Below, piece after piece: positions 1 to 14,235 of a stretch of 64,000 bases of DNA. The translations under genes and the position numbers were made by a program. Below the pieces are notes generated by a model. It saw only the letters and a program-made list of their open reading frames with translations, did no database searches and had not been told where the DNA came from. Location: the NCBI GenBank assembly GCA_051362555.1, contig CM120645.1, positions 7,254,001 through 7,318,000 on the forward strand, in the 5' to 3' direction. Numbering within the stretch: the stretch's first letter is position 1; every line of letters begins with the position of its first letter. The DNA comes from Lingula anatina. Lineage: Eukaryota; Animalia; Brachiopoda.

Positions 1-187
1 CTGTAAGTGTTGACAGAATAATCACTATATTTGGTGAATTAACTTTCCTCAAACCACAAAAGCTATTCATACAAATGCATTAAATTTTGCAGACTTTTGA
101 AGCTCTCGACATATTTTGTCAAATTGAATGTGAGAATGGTACCCACAGTAACTAAACATGTAGATGTCAGTATATTAAAGACAGTCC

Positions 188-3100
188 TTACACCTGTTTG
201 ATAGTCAAACACTGGAGCTGTATGTCATCGGAGCCCATGGAACTGGCTTCAGCATTCTCAGTGAGAGGAGCCAGCTCTGACTGTCCACTAGTGGTCTGTT
301 CATATTGGACAGGATGGCTGTAGCTGGACGTATAGGTGGTGGTGGTGGTGGTCAAGTCCTGTTTGGGAGTGTACTGAGTGGTGTACTGACCAATGAAGGA
401 TCCATCTTCCCTGTACCTAAAAATTCAAGTGTTTTTTTCCATAAAATTGTACTTTTGAAATTATTAAATAAAATTTTTTATGTACTGACCAATAAATGAT
501 CCATCTTCCCTGTACCTACAGACATTTAGAAGTTTGTTTAACATAATTGTTATGCTGAATTGTAATTGATTTTATATCATGTGTTATTATACCCTCTGGC
601 ACAAAAAAGTAAATACAGCAGATCTATGTTATAAAACAGACTGTTACTATAAAAAATGTAAGTGGGAAGTAAGATAATTATTCCATTTGCTTTCAGCATT
701 GACATAATATTATTTAACATGCAAGTACCAAATTGAATATTTTCATTACAAAGTACAAAATTAATAAAGACTAGGATATAATCTATGTCATGTATTCTTA
801 CGTGTCCATGTCCCAAAAGTCATCTGTTCCAAAAAAACTGTCAGCCTCATCCAGTTCATCCATCACCACTGGATAAGATGGATCAACAGCTCTGAAAGCA
901 TATGTTTTCTTGGTCAAAAATGGATCATTTAAAAGTGCCCCACTAGGTTCATTTTAAAAAGGTTTAATTCTGAGATATGAGACACTTTCCAGTGCTTTGC
1001 ACAGTCGATAAAATGGTCAAATAGGTTCTCATTTGTTAATTAATTTAAAGACAATGCATTAAGCTTGCAAAAACTGGTTAACAACAATGATTTCTCTAAT
1101 GGATAAGTCTATTTTTTAAGCACAATTTAGGGCATCTCCTCAAAGAAAACTTTTAACTCGTACAACATTCTGAAAGTGCTTCAACACACAGAGATGCCAC
1201 CTACCCCTTATCATACTCCTGAAAGCTGGGGTAATCTGCAGGGGCACCTGCTGCCACTCTCCACTTCTCATTTTCTGCCACTGAAAAAAAACCAATTAAA
1301 TCACAGTCACTGTATTGTGATGAATTAAGAATGCACTGACATAACTAACATTTACATACACATTAATATATGTGATATTAGTTTCACTTTCAACTGTTTG
1401 TCTTCATTCTAATGTCATAGTCTACTATAGACTAGGAAGCACTGTACCAAATTGACTGCAAAAATAGGAAGAAATAGTCAGATGGGGGTTTGGGGACCCC
1501 TTAAGACATACAGAAAACATTCAAGAAACAGTTGCATTTCCAAATTAATTCAACCTGAAAAAAATCTTATCTTTCACTATCAGACTCACCATAGTATTTG
1601 TTCCCTCTGTTTCTTCTCACAAGACAAACAATGAATAAAATTAGGAGAGCAAGCAGGAGTATAGCCATCAAGATGATGAACCAGAGACCAATGCCTGGTT
1701 TTGTTATAGATTCTTCAGCTGAAAAGACATAGAAATCAAGTCAATTTGAATAAAAAAAGTCGGGAATCATTTTATATTACAGTTGCACATATCAGCAACT
1801 TTCATTGCACTGAAGGCTAAAGAAATTCTCTTGCTGTCACATCAAAAATTGATTTTAAATTTTAAATGTACAATCTTTTCTTAAACAAATACATTTGGAG
1901 ACTAAAATATGTTAAGAATAAAAACCTTTTACTCTTTATATTTCTGATATGTGAATTTTATAATCACATATATGAATTACCTGAGCTGCACGATATCAAC
2001 AAGAAAAATAATTTCATTGATAAAAAAGCCAATATATTCAAAATCAACATCTTATTTCAATAGTTTATTCCAAATTTTATTTCCAATGAAAGTGTGAAGA
2101 TGATCTTACGTGGAAGGACCATTTTGACAGCACGCTGTGGACTGGGGGTAATATCTACAACACGCACATCGTACTGCTTCCCCGACTCTAGACCCTGCAC
2201 AACCACCCACGGTTTCCTGGTCTCAGTATCAGTCCTACTCCAGGTGGCAGCACCTACCAAAGCAGAGAAAAAATGAGAGACAAGGAGCTTTCAGGGCAAG
2301 TCTTCGGGCCTTTTAACATCGAACAGTCATACTGCCCTATGCTCAGGGTCAGTAAAATTTTGATTGGACCAGAATGTGTAAAATTAGTGGCCAAAGAAAA
2401 CTTTATTCTATACGTTTTTATAATTAATTTTTTCCAAAATGTTGCAGACTCATTATTTACTGTTTCAACCAAATAATGTGATCAGGTTAGGAAGATAACA
2501 AAAAAAAAACATGAATTACATTTTTGTCTCAAGGTGAGTTTAACTGAAACTGATGGCCCACAGAGGTGATACACTGATCAATATAAGTTGACCTTCTAAT
2601 ATTTAAAATCATTATGTAAATTTTCTCGTAGACAAGAAATCAACTAAATGTACATCAGTTAGTATGATCTGAATAAAAGTTCTGCAGATTTATTAATTTG
2701 GCCGCCTACAGACGTGTATACATTTTTGGTAAACAAATACTGTAACACTGTATAACTTACCCACTTTCTTATACTGCACATAGAAAGGTGTGACATGTGC
2801 CATTTTCGTATCCAGTTTGAGGCTTAGGTTGAATGATGTTAACCCACTGGTCACTTGAAACGAAGTCTCTGAAGAAAAAACATGGCCACACTATTTCAGT
2901 AGCTTAAAACACAGTGCAGCCTTTGCATCTGTCTGTTATATCAATTAGTTCAAATCATGAAAGAACGCTTTAGACAACTAGCATGTGTGTTTTTCATCAA
3001 TGATCTATATTACTGCTACAACTTATTAATAAAACATATGTGAGGTCAATTAACTGTATAGAGAATTGATATGTTCAGTATATTATAATATTGAAACAAT

Positions 3101-6100
3101 ATACTTCATGCTATTCATAATTATATATCTCAGCACACCTAAAAAACCTTCAAATCCTTTGTAAATGTACTTTAAAGCAACAAATTTCAGAATTCGCGTA
3201 AATAAAAATATGGGCTTCCAAGATTAATATGACTGTCAAGTTTTTAGCACATTACCACAAGCTCAACATACCCAACACAATCTTCAGCACACCTAACACA
3301 TTATCAGCAAACCTCACACAACCTTCACTTTCCTCATGAACGAATATTGCCGTTTGTGATTTTGAGCCATGGATTTGTGATTGCAAACTCCAAATATCAT
3401 AAAGACTCAAACCATGACATCATGGCATAGACATAAAATTAGCGGCCACAAGCATCACATAAAAGTCACAAACTATTCATCTAGGTCCCTAGCTGTTCAT
3501 AAACAGACTCTTTGTCTTAACTGGGATCTACTATTAATAATTTTTAATACAGGAGAAAATTGTACTTTTGACAATCTATGTCACACATGTATTGAATGGG
3601 TAGGTCAGCTGGTTAATAGCTCATGATTGGCATGGCGACCAATGTTCAGATTGATGAAAAAATTGTCTTACTTTGCTATAAGAAAGTATAAATAATTCCT
3701 ATCCTTAAAACCATAATGATATGTAAGAGACAGGAATGGGAAAACTTCTGCTTTTGTATTTTTTTACTTGTTATACTGTTTTTGGGTAGAGAGAAGGGAG
3801 TGCTCCCCCCCTCCCCCTTTGCACCTGCCATTGTTACAGTTGCACCATGCATTCAGCATATCTAGCACATCACCTTTGTCACACCAAACACATTAGGGCA
3901 TCTTACTTTTCCTGGTTCCAGGTACAGTCATGGTGACAACCCTGCTATAGGACACATAGTCAAGCCCATAGGACGCAGCCACTCGCACTTCATAATGACC
4001 ACCAGGGTGCAGTCCATGCACAATATGCCAAGAAGGTCTGGTGTCTACACTAACAGATGTCCAATTTCCCACCCCTGAAAGCAAACTAACTCATTTGTCA
4101 AAAAACCCTTAAATATCAAATCATTTTGTAACTCTAGGTAATACCATGCTAAAAAATAATTGTCCTTTATGAATTTAAATTAGATCAAATTCATAAGACA
4201 AGCATTTAATTCAAATAGAATTGGCCATTCTAAATTTTCATATAATTGCCTAAATTATCCTGTTTGTGTTTGTGCAAATTATCATGTTTAGAAATACGTA
4301 CTGTAATATAAGCATGCAAGAATACAGCAAGAGTGTATTACAATGCATGTGCATACATGCATATAACCTGATGTAATGAGGTACGTACCTGTGAGTCTAT
4401 ATTGCACAAAGAAATAAGTTCCTGGGTTATAGGCAGAGATCCATGACACATTGAAACTAGTCAATGTATGCAGTTCTACCTCAACAAGTGGAACACCTGG
4501 GGCTGTGAAATAATATGTACCACAATGAATGTCACATATAACACAATGTCTATTATTGAAATTCACCTATCAAATCTTAGACTGCATTCCCATAGATTTA
4601 GATCGATCCATCTAGATAGACCTAACTCCCTGGGGGTTCACGCTAAATTGCTGTCAGCTGAGCACGCATGGTAGTTAATTACCCACTTACTGCTTTTAGT
4701 AGGCGGGACAGATGCTTAAGCTGGCTAAACTGACAGTAATCTAGTGAGACTCCCCACAGGGATAGATCGATCTAAAATCTGTGGGAATGGGGTCTTAGTG
4801 TCTAAAAGTATTTACAAAGTATATCTAATATACTGTATCACACTTGAGTCACAATGTGAAATTTAAATACATATGACTTGCTTATTCCTTAAAAAAAATT
4901 CAGACACACCTTAGATAACTGTCAAACCCAGCATATAACATGTCATATAGTGTGCAATCTAACCACATGTAGAGTAGCATCAAAACGATTGGATAATTCA
5001 TAGTACTGTAACATTTATAAAATCTTTCATTTTCAAATGCCTATCAAATCGTGTACACCTAAAGTACTGTAATCATGCAAACACATAAATCCAAACAGAG
5101 TTTATGTATATTAAATGTGTGCTTGATAAATAAGCTTAATGTCATGGAATAACAGAAACTGTATCAGAAATGGGCTCTGTTGGCCAGTTTTGATGCAGTT
5201 TCTGTTTTTGTTTAATATGTTAGAAGATTAAGAAGAAGATGAAATTTAATTATCTACAACCTAAAAGCCAACCGAAGTTTAAAACATGGCATCAACTTAC
5301 GGCCCATTTCTGGCGTAGTTATGGTCACATGACTCCCCTCCCCAGCCCCGGCCCTGGTGACGGCCCTCACTGTAATCCTGTATGTTGTCTGGGGCTCTAA
5401 GGCGCCTATGGTCAGGAGGGAGCGGCTGTGGGCAGTCGTATTGTCCACCGCTACATGCAGAATGTTTGATGGTCTCACTGGATCTCCATTTATTACTGTG
5501 AAAAAAAACTCAGTCTGATTGATTTGAACACATTTTGAAAATGAAAATTTAAAGAAAAATTTGATTGTTGTATGTTTCAAATTGTTATATATTAATGAAA
5601 TGCCATCCTGGTTATAAGGGAAATTCATCAGAAGAATACAAGCTGTATCATTAAGCATGTTCAGTATCCTCACTGGGTGGAAATAAAGCACATGAAACAC
5701 TTTAGTTTTCTATTAATACATTTCAAACAGAAAAGAACAAATTCAGAAAAGTTGCTTCTATTTAGTTTTTTTTTTTTTTTTTTTTTTTTTTGCTCTCAAT
5801 GTAATGCCTATGAAGACATGACAAGTACAGAGACAGTATGTGACATGCAGTGCGTGTAAAACATCTCATCATCTGTTAGTATATATTTATAATTTTTTCT
5901 TGCTCAGTGCCTATGATTTTTTTGTTCAATTTTCAGGTTTTATTGAATTTAACCTCTGCCTGTCTATATATAATCATAATCATTTGCTATAATATGTTCA
6001 TTTTAATAAAGACAAATTAGTGGTAAACATAATCTGGAAATTGAAAGTAAACACCTTTTTCTATTTCCACTGAGAAGTTCCTGAGGATGCCATTCTTTTC

Positions 6101-8611
6101 TCTAGGAGGTAGGAAAGTGAATTCGGTGATGACTGGCCCCAGTCGTTGCACTGTGAGATCTCTGACAGGACCTGGAGCTGTGTAGAAAAAGATGAAAAAT
6201 CTTAAGAAGTATCTCCATCACTTTTCAGTCAAACTATGTCTGTTGTTCATTAATTACCTCTGCCAAGGAGGTTATGTTTTCTCCCCTGTTTGTCTGTTTG
6301 TTTGCCTGTCATCAACATAACTCAAAACGTTATGGGCCGATTTTGATGAAACTTTCAGGAACTGTCAGAAGTGGGAAAAGGAACAGAAGATTAGTTTTTG
6401 GTGGTGATCCGGATCAATAATCAATCAATAATAATAATAAATTGCTGCCTTGGCGGAGGTCTGCACTCTCAGAGTGCTTTTCTAGTTACCTTATGTATCC
6501 TGCAGACTTTGAATAAATGTGTACATGTTCCCAAAATAAGATGGAGTAGATGAAACAATCGTTCTGCAAAGATTGATCTAACTCCACGGGGACTCTTGCT
6601 CAATGCAATCAGTTTAACACTAATAAAATAGAAACTAAATCAAATTTTGATTCAGCACAGACATTTACATAAGCACATTATTATATTACCTCCTGTGTGA
6701 CCCCTGTCTACAGGGCTGTAAAAGCTCGATCTCTCTCATATACAAGGCTCAATGCAGCATTCTCTCAATAATTTCAATATAAAAACAAAACTCAAAATTG
6801 ATTTGTAAACTTCAGAGCAGAGAGTGGTAGGGAAGAGGGTTCAAATACCTGACTCAGGAGTGGTGAATGTGACAGTTGGGCTTGCTGGTCCTGTATGTTT
6901 GGTATTCCTCACAGCCACCTGTGTGTGGAGTCTGGTATATGGTGGAAGACCTTGTACTGTCACATGCACATTGCTATCATACGATGCCCTGTACAGCAAG
7001 CAAATAACATATTTCAGCACAATAAACTTCTGTCATGATATGTGGTAAATATAAAATTCGATACAAAACATTTAAACTATTAATAGTTACACTTTGCCCA
7101 ACAGTTAGCAGGATCGACAAAATTTGAATAATTTTCAATCAAATTTTCAGTTCAAATCCTTAAAGCCAAGGGCAAAAATCTACATGCTGGAAAAAATTAA
7201 ATTAGAGAAAAAGGTCTTCTGTCATTAATTCCCGTTTTGTTATAATGACAGCCTGTCTAAAGGTCCGGTTTTTAATTTTAAGTAACAAGGTAAATGGATA
7301 AATATCTCCCCTGCTGGGTCCTGAAATTTGTATCTCTAAAAAATGGTAAAATATGGGGAAACTGACACAAAATAGTGCTCTGATGCATCCACCTCAGCTT
7401 ATAACTATATGGCCATAATGATATAAACTATTAATTACCCTCCAGCCTCAGAAGTTTGATGTTCATGCCGTGTGTCCATGACGGTCACTCTGAGGCCATT
7501 CTCCGTACTGACCAGCCCGCTGCGTAAACTGCCATTTCCACTGACCGGTATATGGATGACTTTAGCACTAGACTCTGGCTCTCCTTCCCTCCAGTAGCGA
7601 ATCTGGACACAAAATAAAAAAAATGAAAAGATTTTTTTTTTTTGAAAAAAAGAATCAAAATCATAATTTCTCAAAATCAACTTAAACTGCTGTTTTTTAA
7701 TTGATGATTTAATGTGTATATCTGAAAAATTCTTTCTTTTATTTAATGTTTAGAAATTCACAGAAACTTGAAGCTCCCCACATGCAAAGAACATCCCTAA
7801 GGGGTAAATGCTACATACAGAAGGGTGTCCACACCCCCCCCCCCCCCCCCCAAAAAATAATTTTTTTTCATATCCTGTGTATACCACATATCCATTAAAT
7901 TTTCCTTTGATGCCCTGAGAATGGATATCCACTCCATGCCATTTCAGCACCACTTGCTGCTGGTCTTCTTCTGGCTGGGGAGTGTTAGGAAACCTTGTGA
8001 AAGATTCCACTCTTAGTCCATTCGGGGTGACAGTGGGAACTGGAAAGTAATGGATATATTCAGGGATTAGAAAGGTGTTTTGGGCCTTCTCAAAGAGTGC
8101 AGGGTCTTCTTGAAGCCATTTTTAAATTAATGATTTCTTTGTAAAATGTTTTAATTTCAATTTTGAAATAAGTTTGGGATACCAACAGATTTGATAACCA
8201 TAAATGGCACATTCATGATGATCCCCTTGTCACATCTATTTTATATCCCAACTACTACACACAGCACTGCCACTCCTAGCATGAACATTGACACTTCTTT
8301 CTCACCTCCACTTCCAGAGTATCCAGTGGCATTCCTCACTGAATGTCGGGCCACACCCACATCATTCCCAGCCAAAACTTGCACCTTATAAGGATGGACA
8401 TTGTCCACATTGACTTGAACATGATTGGCCAGCACTCCAGTGACTCTTCTCTCCTCTATGACAGGGGTACGCAGGTCAGTACGCCAATAGCGCACCAGAT
8501 AGTAGAAACCTGGTCCATTGGCTTCATTGGAGGACAGTGGCTACAACATTTAGGATAATTGTACTTTTAACTATAGGTAATCCACATTTCATAAAGTATT
8601 TGATAAAGAAG

Positions 8612-8663
<52 letters not shown>

Positions 8664-11600
8664 TAATTAGCACCACTGTAAGAGCCACATCCATCTTCAA
8701 GGGTTTCTCCCTAAATTGGTTTCAGGTTAAGCTGCATAGATGTCTGGCACACCTACTGAAGCTGCTAAACGATAATTAATTACCCCTTAGCAGCAGCCGG
8801 AGGTGTGACCGACATCTAAGCTGCTTAAGTTGATTGAAATTTTGCGAGAATCTCCTAGGAGATGGGTCCACAGTTAGTACAATAGGGTCTGGGAGTTGTC
8901 CCTTATAGTTAATACTGTAACAGTTACTTTAGATTTCAGAGATTAACCTACCTCCCATGATATATACAGCACATTTGGGTCTCTGTCCTCCAGTGTCACT
9001 CCACCAGGATGTCTCTCTGGCACATCAGGAGGTACAGTGAGAGTAGAGTTCACGGTCTCCAGACTCGGCTCACTTTGACCGATACTATTCCAAGCCACCA
9101 CTTTGTACGTGTAATTCCGCCATGGTCTGACCTCTAGATTTTCCCAGAGTTTTGTTTTATTAATGGTGTACCTGATGGTGCTGACGGAGGCATTGGTTGC
9201 CAAGGAAACGGACCGCTGATCTATGGTGAACCGTTTGACTAAAGCATTATTGTTGTTACTAGCGTCCCAGCTAATTCTGACCAGCCTGCTGGAGAGCTGA
9301 TGAACTCTGACCCTCTGTGGGGGATCTGGAGGACCTGAATTAACCACCAAAATTGAATGTTAAATTGAACATGAATATCAATATAAATTTTATATAATAA
9401 ATTTTTGACAATTGTGAAAATATTGGATTCATTATAATTATAATATTAAGAAAACTGCATTAAACTAAAAACGCATAATTAAATATGATAATGTACATGA
9501 GTTGGGTTTATTGTGAGATGTGTACGTAATTGCATTTAGGATAAATCATTTTGTTAGCTCACACTGACTTGTGTGAGAAAGCTTATAATTACTATCCATG
9601 AATTACTGCCATAAGTACAGAGCAATGTCCATAAACATCAATCCTTTTTTTTTTCAGCTCACCACTCCACATTAACAAGCACCTTGTATAATAACTCTCG
9701 CAGAAATTATGACAAAGTCTCTGCTGGTGCTGGCGTTGCACGTGTATGATCCACTATCACCAACTAGTGTAGAGCTGATGAAGAGGGAACCATTACTATA
9801 CAGAGTATAGTGGGGACTGTTGTCTACTTGTATTAGCTGGCCATTTTTGTACCATCTAGTAAAAAAAATAAGATGAAATAAAATAACATAAATGAATATT
9901 AAAAATGCCTTTAACTTTTATTTTTCTTACAGACATCTTTCATTTACAAATTACATGTACCAACAAAAGGGCTGTTAGATACCAAAATGAAAAAGAGTTT
10001 CTTATTTTGTGACAGAAATTTAAAAACCAACAAGCTTACCTATAGGTCAGACTTGACCGTAAAGATGAATCAACTGAGACTGCACCTTTGAGTTCTATGG
10101 TGGATCCCGCCTCCTTCACTACTTGGTACCTCTGAAGACCTTCTACTGCACGAGTTGCAGCTAAATTATGGAGAAAAATAAACATAATATAGCTATGTAT
10201 ACAGTGATCAGAATAGATATTTACAGCATCTGTATTTAAAATTCCACCTTAAATTATTTGTATATAACGATACCTGTACCTTAAATTACGGATGAGGCCC
10301 GTTATAAAACTGGAGACTTCGATAAATAAAAGAATGCAAGGAAAATATAATGACTATAAATGCATATAGTCCAGTGGGAAATTCTGAAATGAGTCAATAT
10401 ATCTTACTTACGACACATGTGTATGTTATACATTTTTATGCCTTATTTCTTACTTACTTAACACAGTGAGATTCCCAGAAGACCGAAGTTCACCATAAGT
10501 GTTCACAGCTATGCATTGGTACACACCAGTATCTTCCTGGTTAACATGCTGCAAATAAATCATTTTATGTATTTTTTTTTTACCAAACAGAAGAGGGGTG
10601 CAAACATGTTGTTATTTATTTCTGTAATAACTATCCAATCAATCTGGCAAAATGGTTAATGGTGGAAACTAAAAGTTATAGTCACAGTAACATATAAAAT
10701 TGGACATTGTCATCTTTATGTAATAAAATATTAAATTAAATTAAGCAAGCAAATAAATGTGTTAGTCATGAAGTTTGCTGTGACAACATGTGGAATGTTT
10801 TTGTATCAGAAAATGTAATTGGTCTTACCAGAATTGTGACTAAATATGTATGTCTGATGTGTGTGTGCATGCACCTGCCTCACCCTGATAACTAGTGTGT
10901 TATTCGCTCTAATGTGATACAAAGACCCAGTCAATGGGTCCTCATTGTCCAGAGGCACAATCTTGGACTTGAACAACCAGGTCACATTGGGTTTCGGGGC
11001 ACCAAACACACCACAGGCAATCTTCACTGCGCTCCCCTCCATCACAGTGAGAGCTGACGAGAGCCTTGAGGTAAATGTTGGTGGAATTCCTAAATACAGA
11101 AGTATGAGTAATTTTAAAGGTTAAGAAATTTCTATATACCCATATTTGTTATTTCACATTTCTCAAAAAAAATCTCACAAATACCTAAAATACCAAATAG
11201 CTCTTTAATCTTAAATTTCAACACACTTTAAGTTTTGCTACAAAATACACAAACCACCAAAAGATGTTCAATCACAGTACCTAGTGGTGTGATTGAAGCC
11301 TGTGCACACTGTCATAGAATTTTGTTTCAAAAAGTGTCTTTTTTCCTGGCAAGATGAATTTGTAACAAAAATTTAATGTTATCTTTTTCCTGGAAAGCTA
11401 ATTTTTTTTCACCATACTTACTGAGCACATTGAGATATGCATTCTGATACATATACCCATGAATATTGGATACATTGCACTGGACCACAGCTGTGTCAGA
11501 GGGGACCACATTGAGGAAGGTCAAACTGGTGTCAGTAACAATTCTTCTTGGATGAGAACGCATATCTGAAGAAATTTTTATTCAAAAAATTGTTTCTGAA

Positions 11601-14190
11601 TATTGTCTCTGAATTGAAAATGTCTCATTATTTAATGGAAAATGTGTTTATCTTTTATGTTATACGTTAAAAAATTACACCCTCAAGTCTCCCCTCTCCC
11701 CAACCCAAAGAAAAATATTTTAACCAGGTCTTCATAACGGCCACTATAATCTAGCACAGCAGAAGCCAAGGAATGAGATTTATTTTAGACATACAGTAGC
11801 TATATCTGCTTGTCTTTACAAAGAAGAGAGACACATGAAGTAACAGAATAAGGAATCAAGGAGGACCGAGGAAGACAAACTTCATAATTCTAATCCCCAT
11901 GACTTTAGTATCCCACTGTTATACATGTACTCTGTACAATGCAAACAATTATGTGAATTTACATAAATCTTTTACAGGGGTGGATCCAGAGATATTTTCT
12001 GACTGTCTTCCAAATTATCTTTGTTGATCCATTCTCCATTTTTGACCGTCTTCTGACAGAAAGAATTAGATACCAGTCAATGTAAACTTGAAAATTTTAC
12101 CATCTTCCGGAAGACCGAGAAGACATCCTCAATCCACCCCTGTTTTAAATTGCTTATTTTTGATTCTAAAAAAAAAATCCTCTAAAAATGCTCTCCTTCT
12201 CTGTTTTTTTCCTTAAACAGACAATGAATAATTAAAAACTATACTATTCCCTACCACTGAGGGGTAATCCATTGATGAACCATTCTACTGTTGGCAGAGG
12301 CTTTCCACTTGCTTCACACACAAATGTCACGTTGTCGCCTTCTGATGCACGTTGGTTCTCTGGCTTTGCTATCCACTCCGGCTTAGCTAAATAAAGTATA
12401 ATAAAATATAATATCTTGGAAATAAAATTTTTGTCAACTTGGCACACCCTTATGGTGCAATTACAATCAAATTCAAATTTAGTGGCTTCTTACCAATACA
12501 ACTGATTGGTCTATTAAGAAAAAATGGAGACCAACAAACACATACCTTCCACAGATAAAACAAATGATTTATGTGCGCTTCCTTCTGAATTTTGGGCAAA
12601 GCATTTGTATTGTCCACCATCTTCAAACTGCACATTATCAATCACCAGTTCTGTACTTCCGCTTTCAATGGATGCTCTATCAGGTAGGGGGCGGTCACCG
12701 CGAAGTATGCTCCAGGTAATACGTGGGGTGGGGCTTTATTCATAATAAAAAAATTAAGATTATTTCCAATTATATAATCCAGGCCCGTAGCCAGCAATTT
12801 CAGAGGGGGGGGGGTTCGTTTTCTGAAAAAGTGGACCTTTTACCATAAAATCTTCAAGTACATAGATCAAATTTTACCCAGAGTGGACCTTTTCCCAGCA
12901 AAAAGGGTGTTTTTTTCTAACCCCCCCCCCCCCAACCCCCCCCTGGCTACGGGCCTGTAATCTACCAACACTGTTCTATGATGATGATGATCATAATAAT
13001 AATAATTAGTCTGGGGGCTGCCTAGGCCAATGCTATTTTTGGCTGCCAACTCAAACTGGTATATATTTAACACTTCAGTATACAAGAACTGTAGCAAAAA
13101 CTGTGTTTCCTTAATATTATTGATATTCTCACTAAACCTGACCTTTAAAATCTGATTATATATATAACCTTCAATTTACTAGACAGAATTCACTTACTTT
13201 CCCTTAAAGACACACTTGGCCCTAACAGTTTCATTCTGGAGCACCACAATGTGTTGTGCTGGGTTCCAAAGTATGGATGGTGGTGTCTTGGGAGCAACAC
13301 CTGAAAGTTGAGAAATCACCTTAATTTGGGTACCTGAAGGTTTTAAAAAGATGTTGATACAAATCCTTCATTTTGGCAGGAAAAATGGATTTTCCTTAGG
13401 TAAACGATGATTTCCCCTTACTTACCAATGTTTAATGAATCTGTTCTGACATTCAAAGTTATAAATGCAATAATCCCTTAAGAGATAACTATGGAGGGTA
13501 GCCATCTATGAAGGTACAGGCATCTGATGGCAAGCACAGATTACAAAATAACTGCCATAACCACCATGTAGGTGGAAAAATTGAATTTATTATATTTCTA
13601 TGTGTTGTTTACAATGCATTTATTGTGGAATTTGTGGAGCTGTTATCCCTTTAAAAGAAACTCAAGAATCTTAAAACAAAAAAATGTTTAAAATGCGCCA
13701 CATATACCATACAACAATATATTCAAAAAATGTATCATCATATGTAAGATAATATGATCATAATACATCAATTAATTTTACAAAACAATTCACAAAATTC
13801 ATAAAGTCAATTTTTAAAATAATGTGATCTAAAACTCACTGATGTCTCCACGAGGAAATATAGTTTGACCTTCACCATGGACAGACTTCTTGAGAAATGG
13901 ATTTTCCACGGCACAGAAATACAAGTTGCCATCTTGTGCATCAGTGGGCTGTACGTTGGTGAAGATAAGTCGGCCTGGAAATAAACTTAGTCACCTGTAC
14001 TATAATCTGTATCATAACCGAAATCCTAAATTTTGATTTATATTCAAAATCAAGCCAACTTTTTCCCACTCTGTTCATAACGGTAAACAGCAGCACTGCA
14101 CAGGCTTCATTAACGTGTTTGAGAACAAGCCTGGTGACATTGTAGCAGGTGATTGTAGCAGGTATTTCAGCAGAGAACCTCTGGCTGAGA

Positions 14191-14235
<45 letters not shown>

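Noticed and set aside
7439-7602. Furin-type cleavage loop in FN3-3, as in vertebrate L1/NrCAM
   Set aside because: An insertion loop is present, but I see no RxK/RR motif in it.
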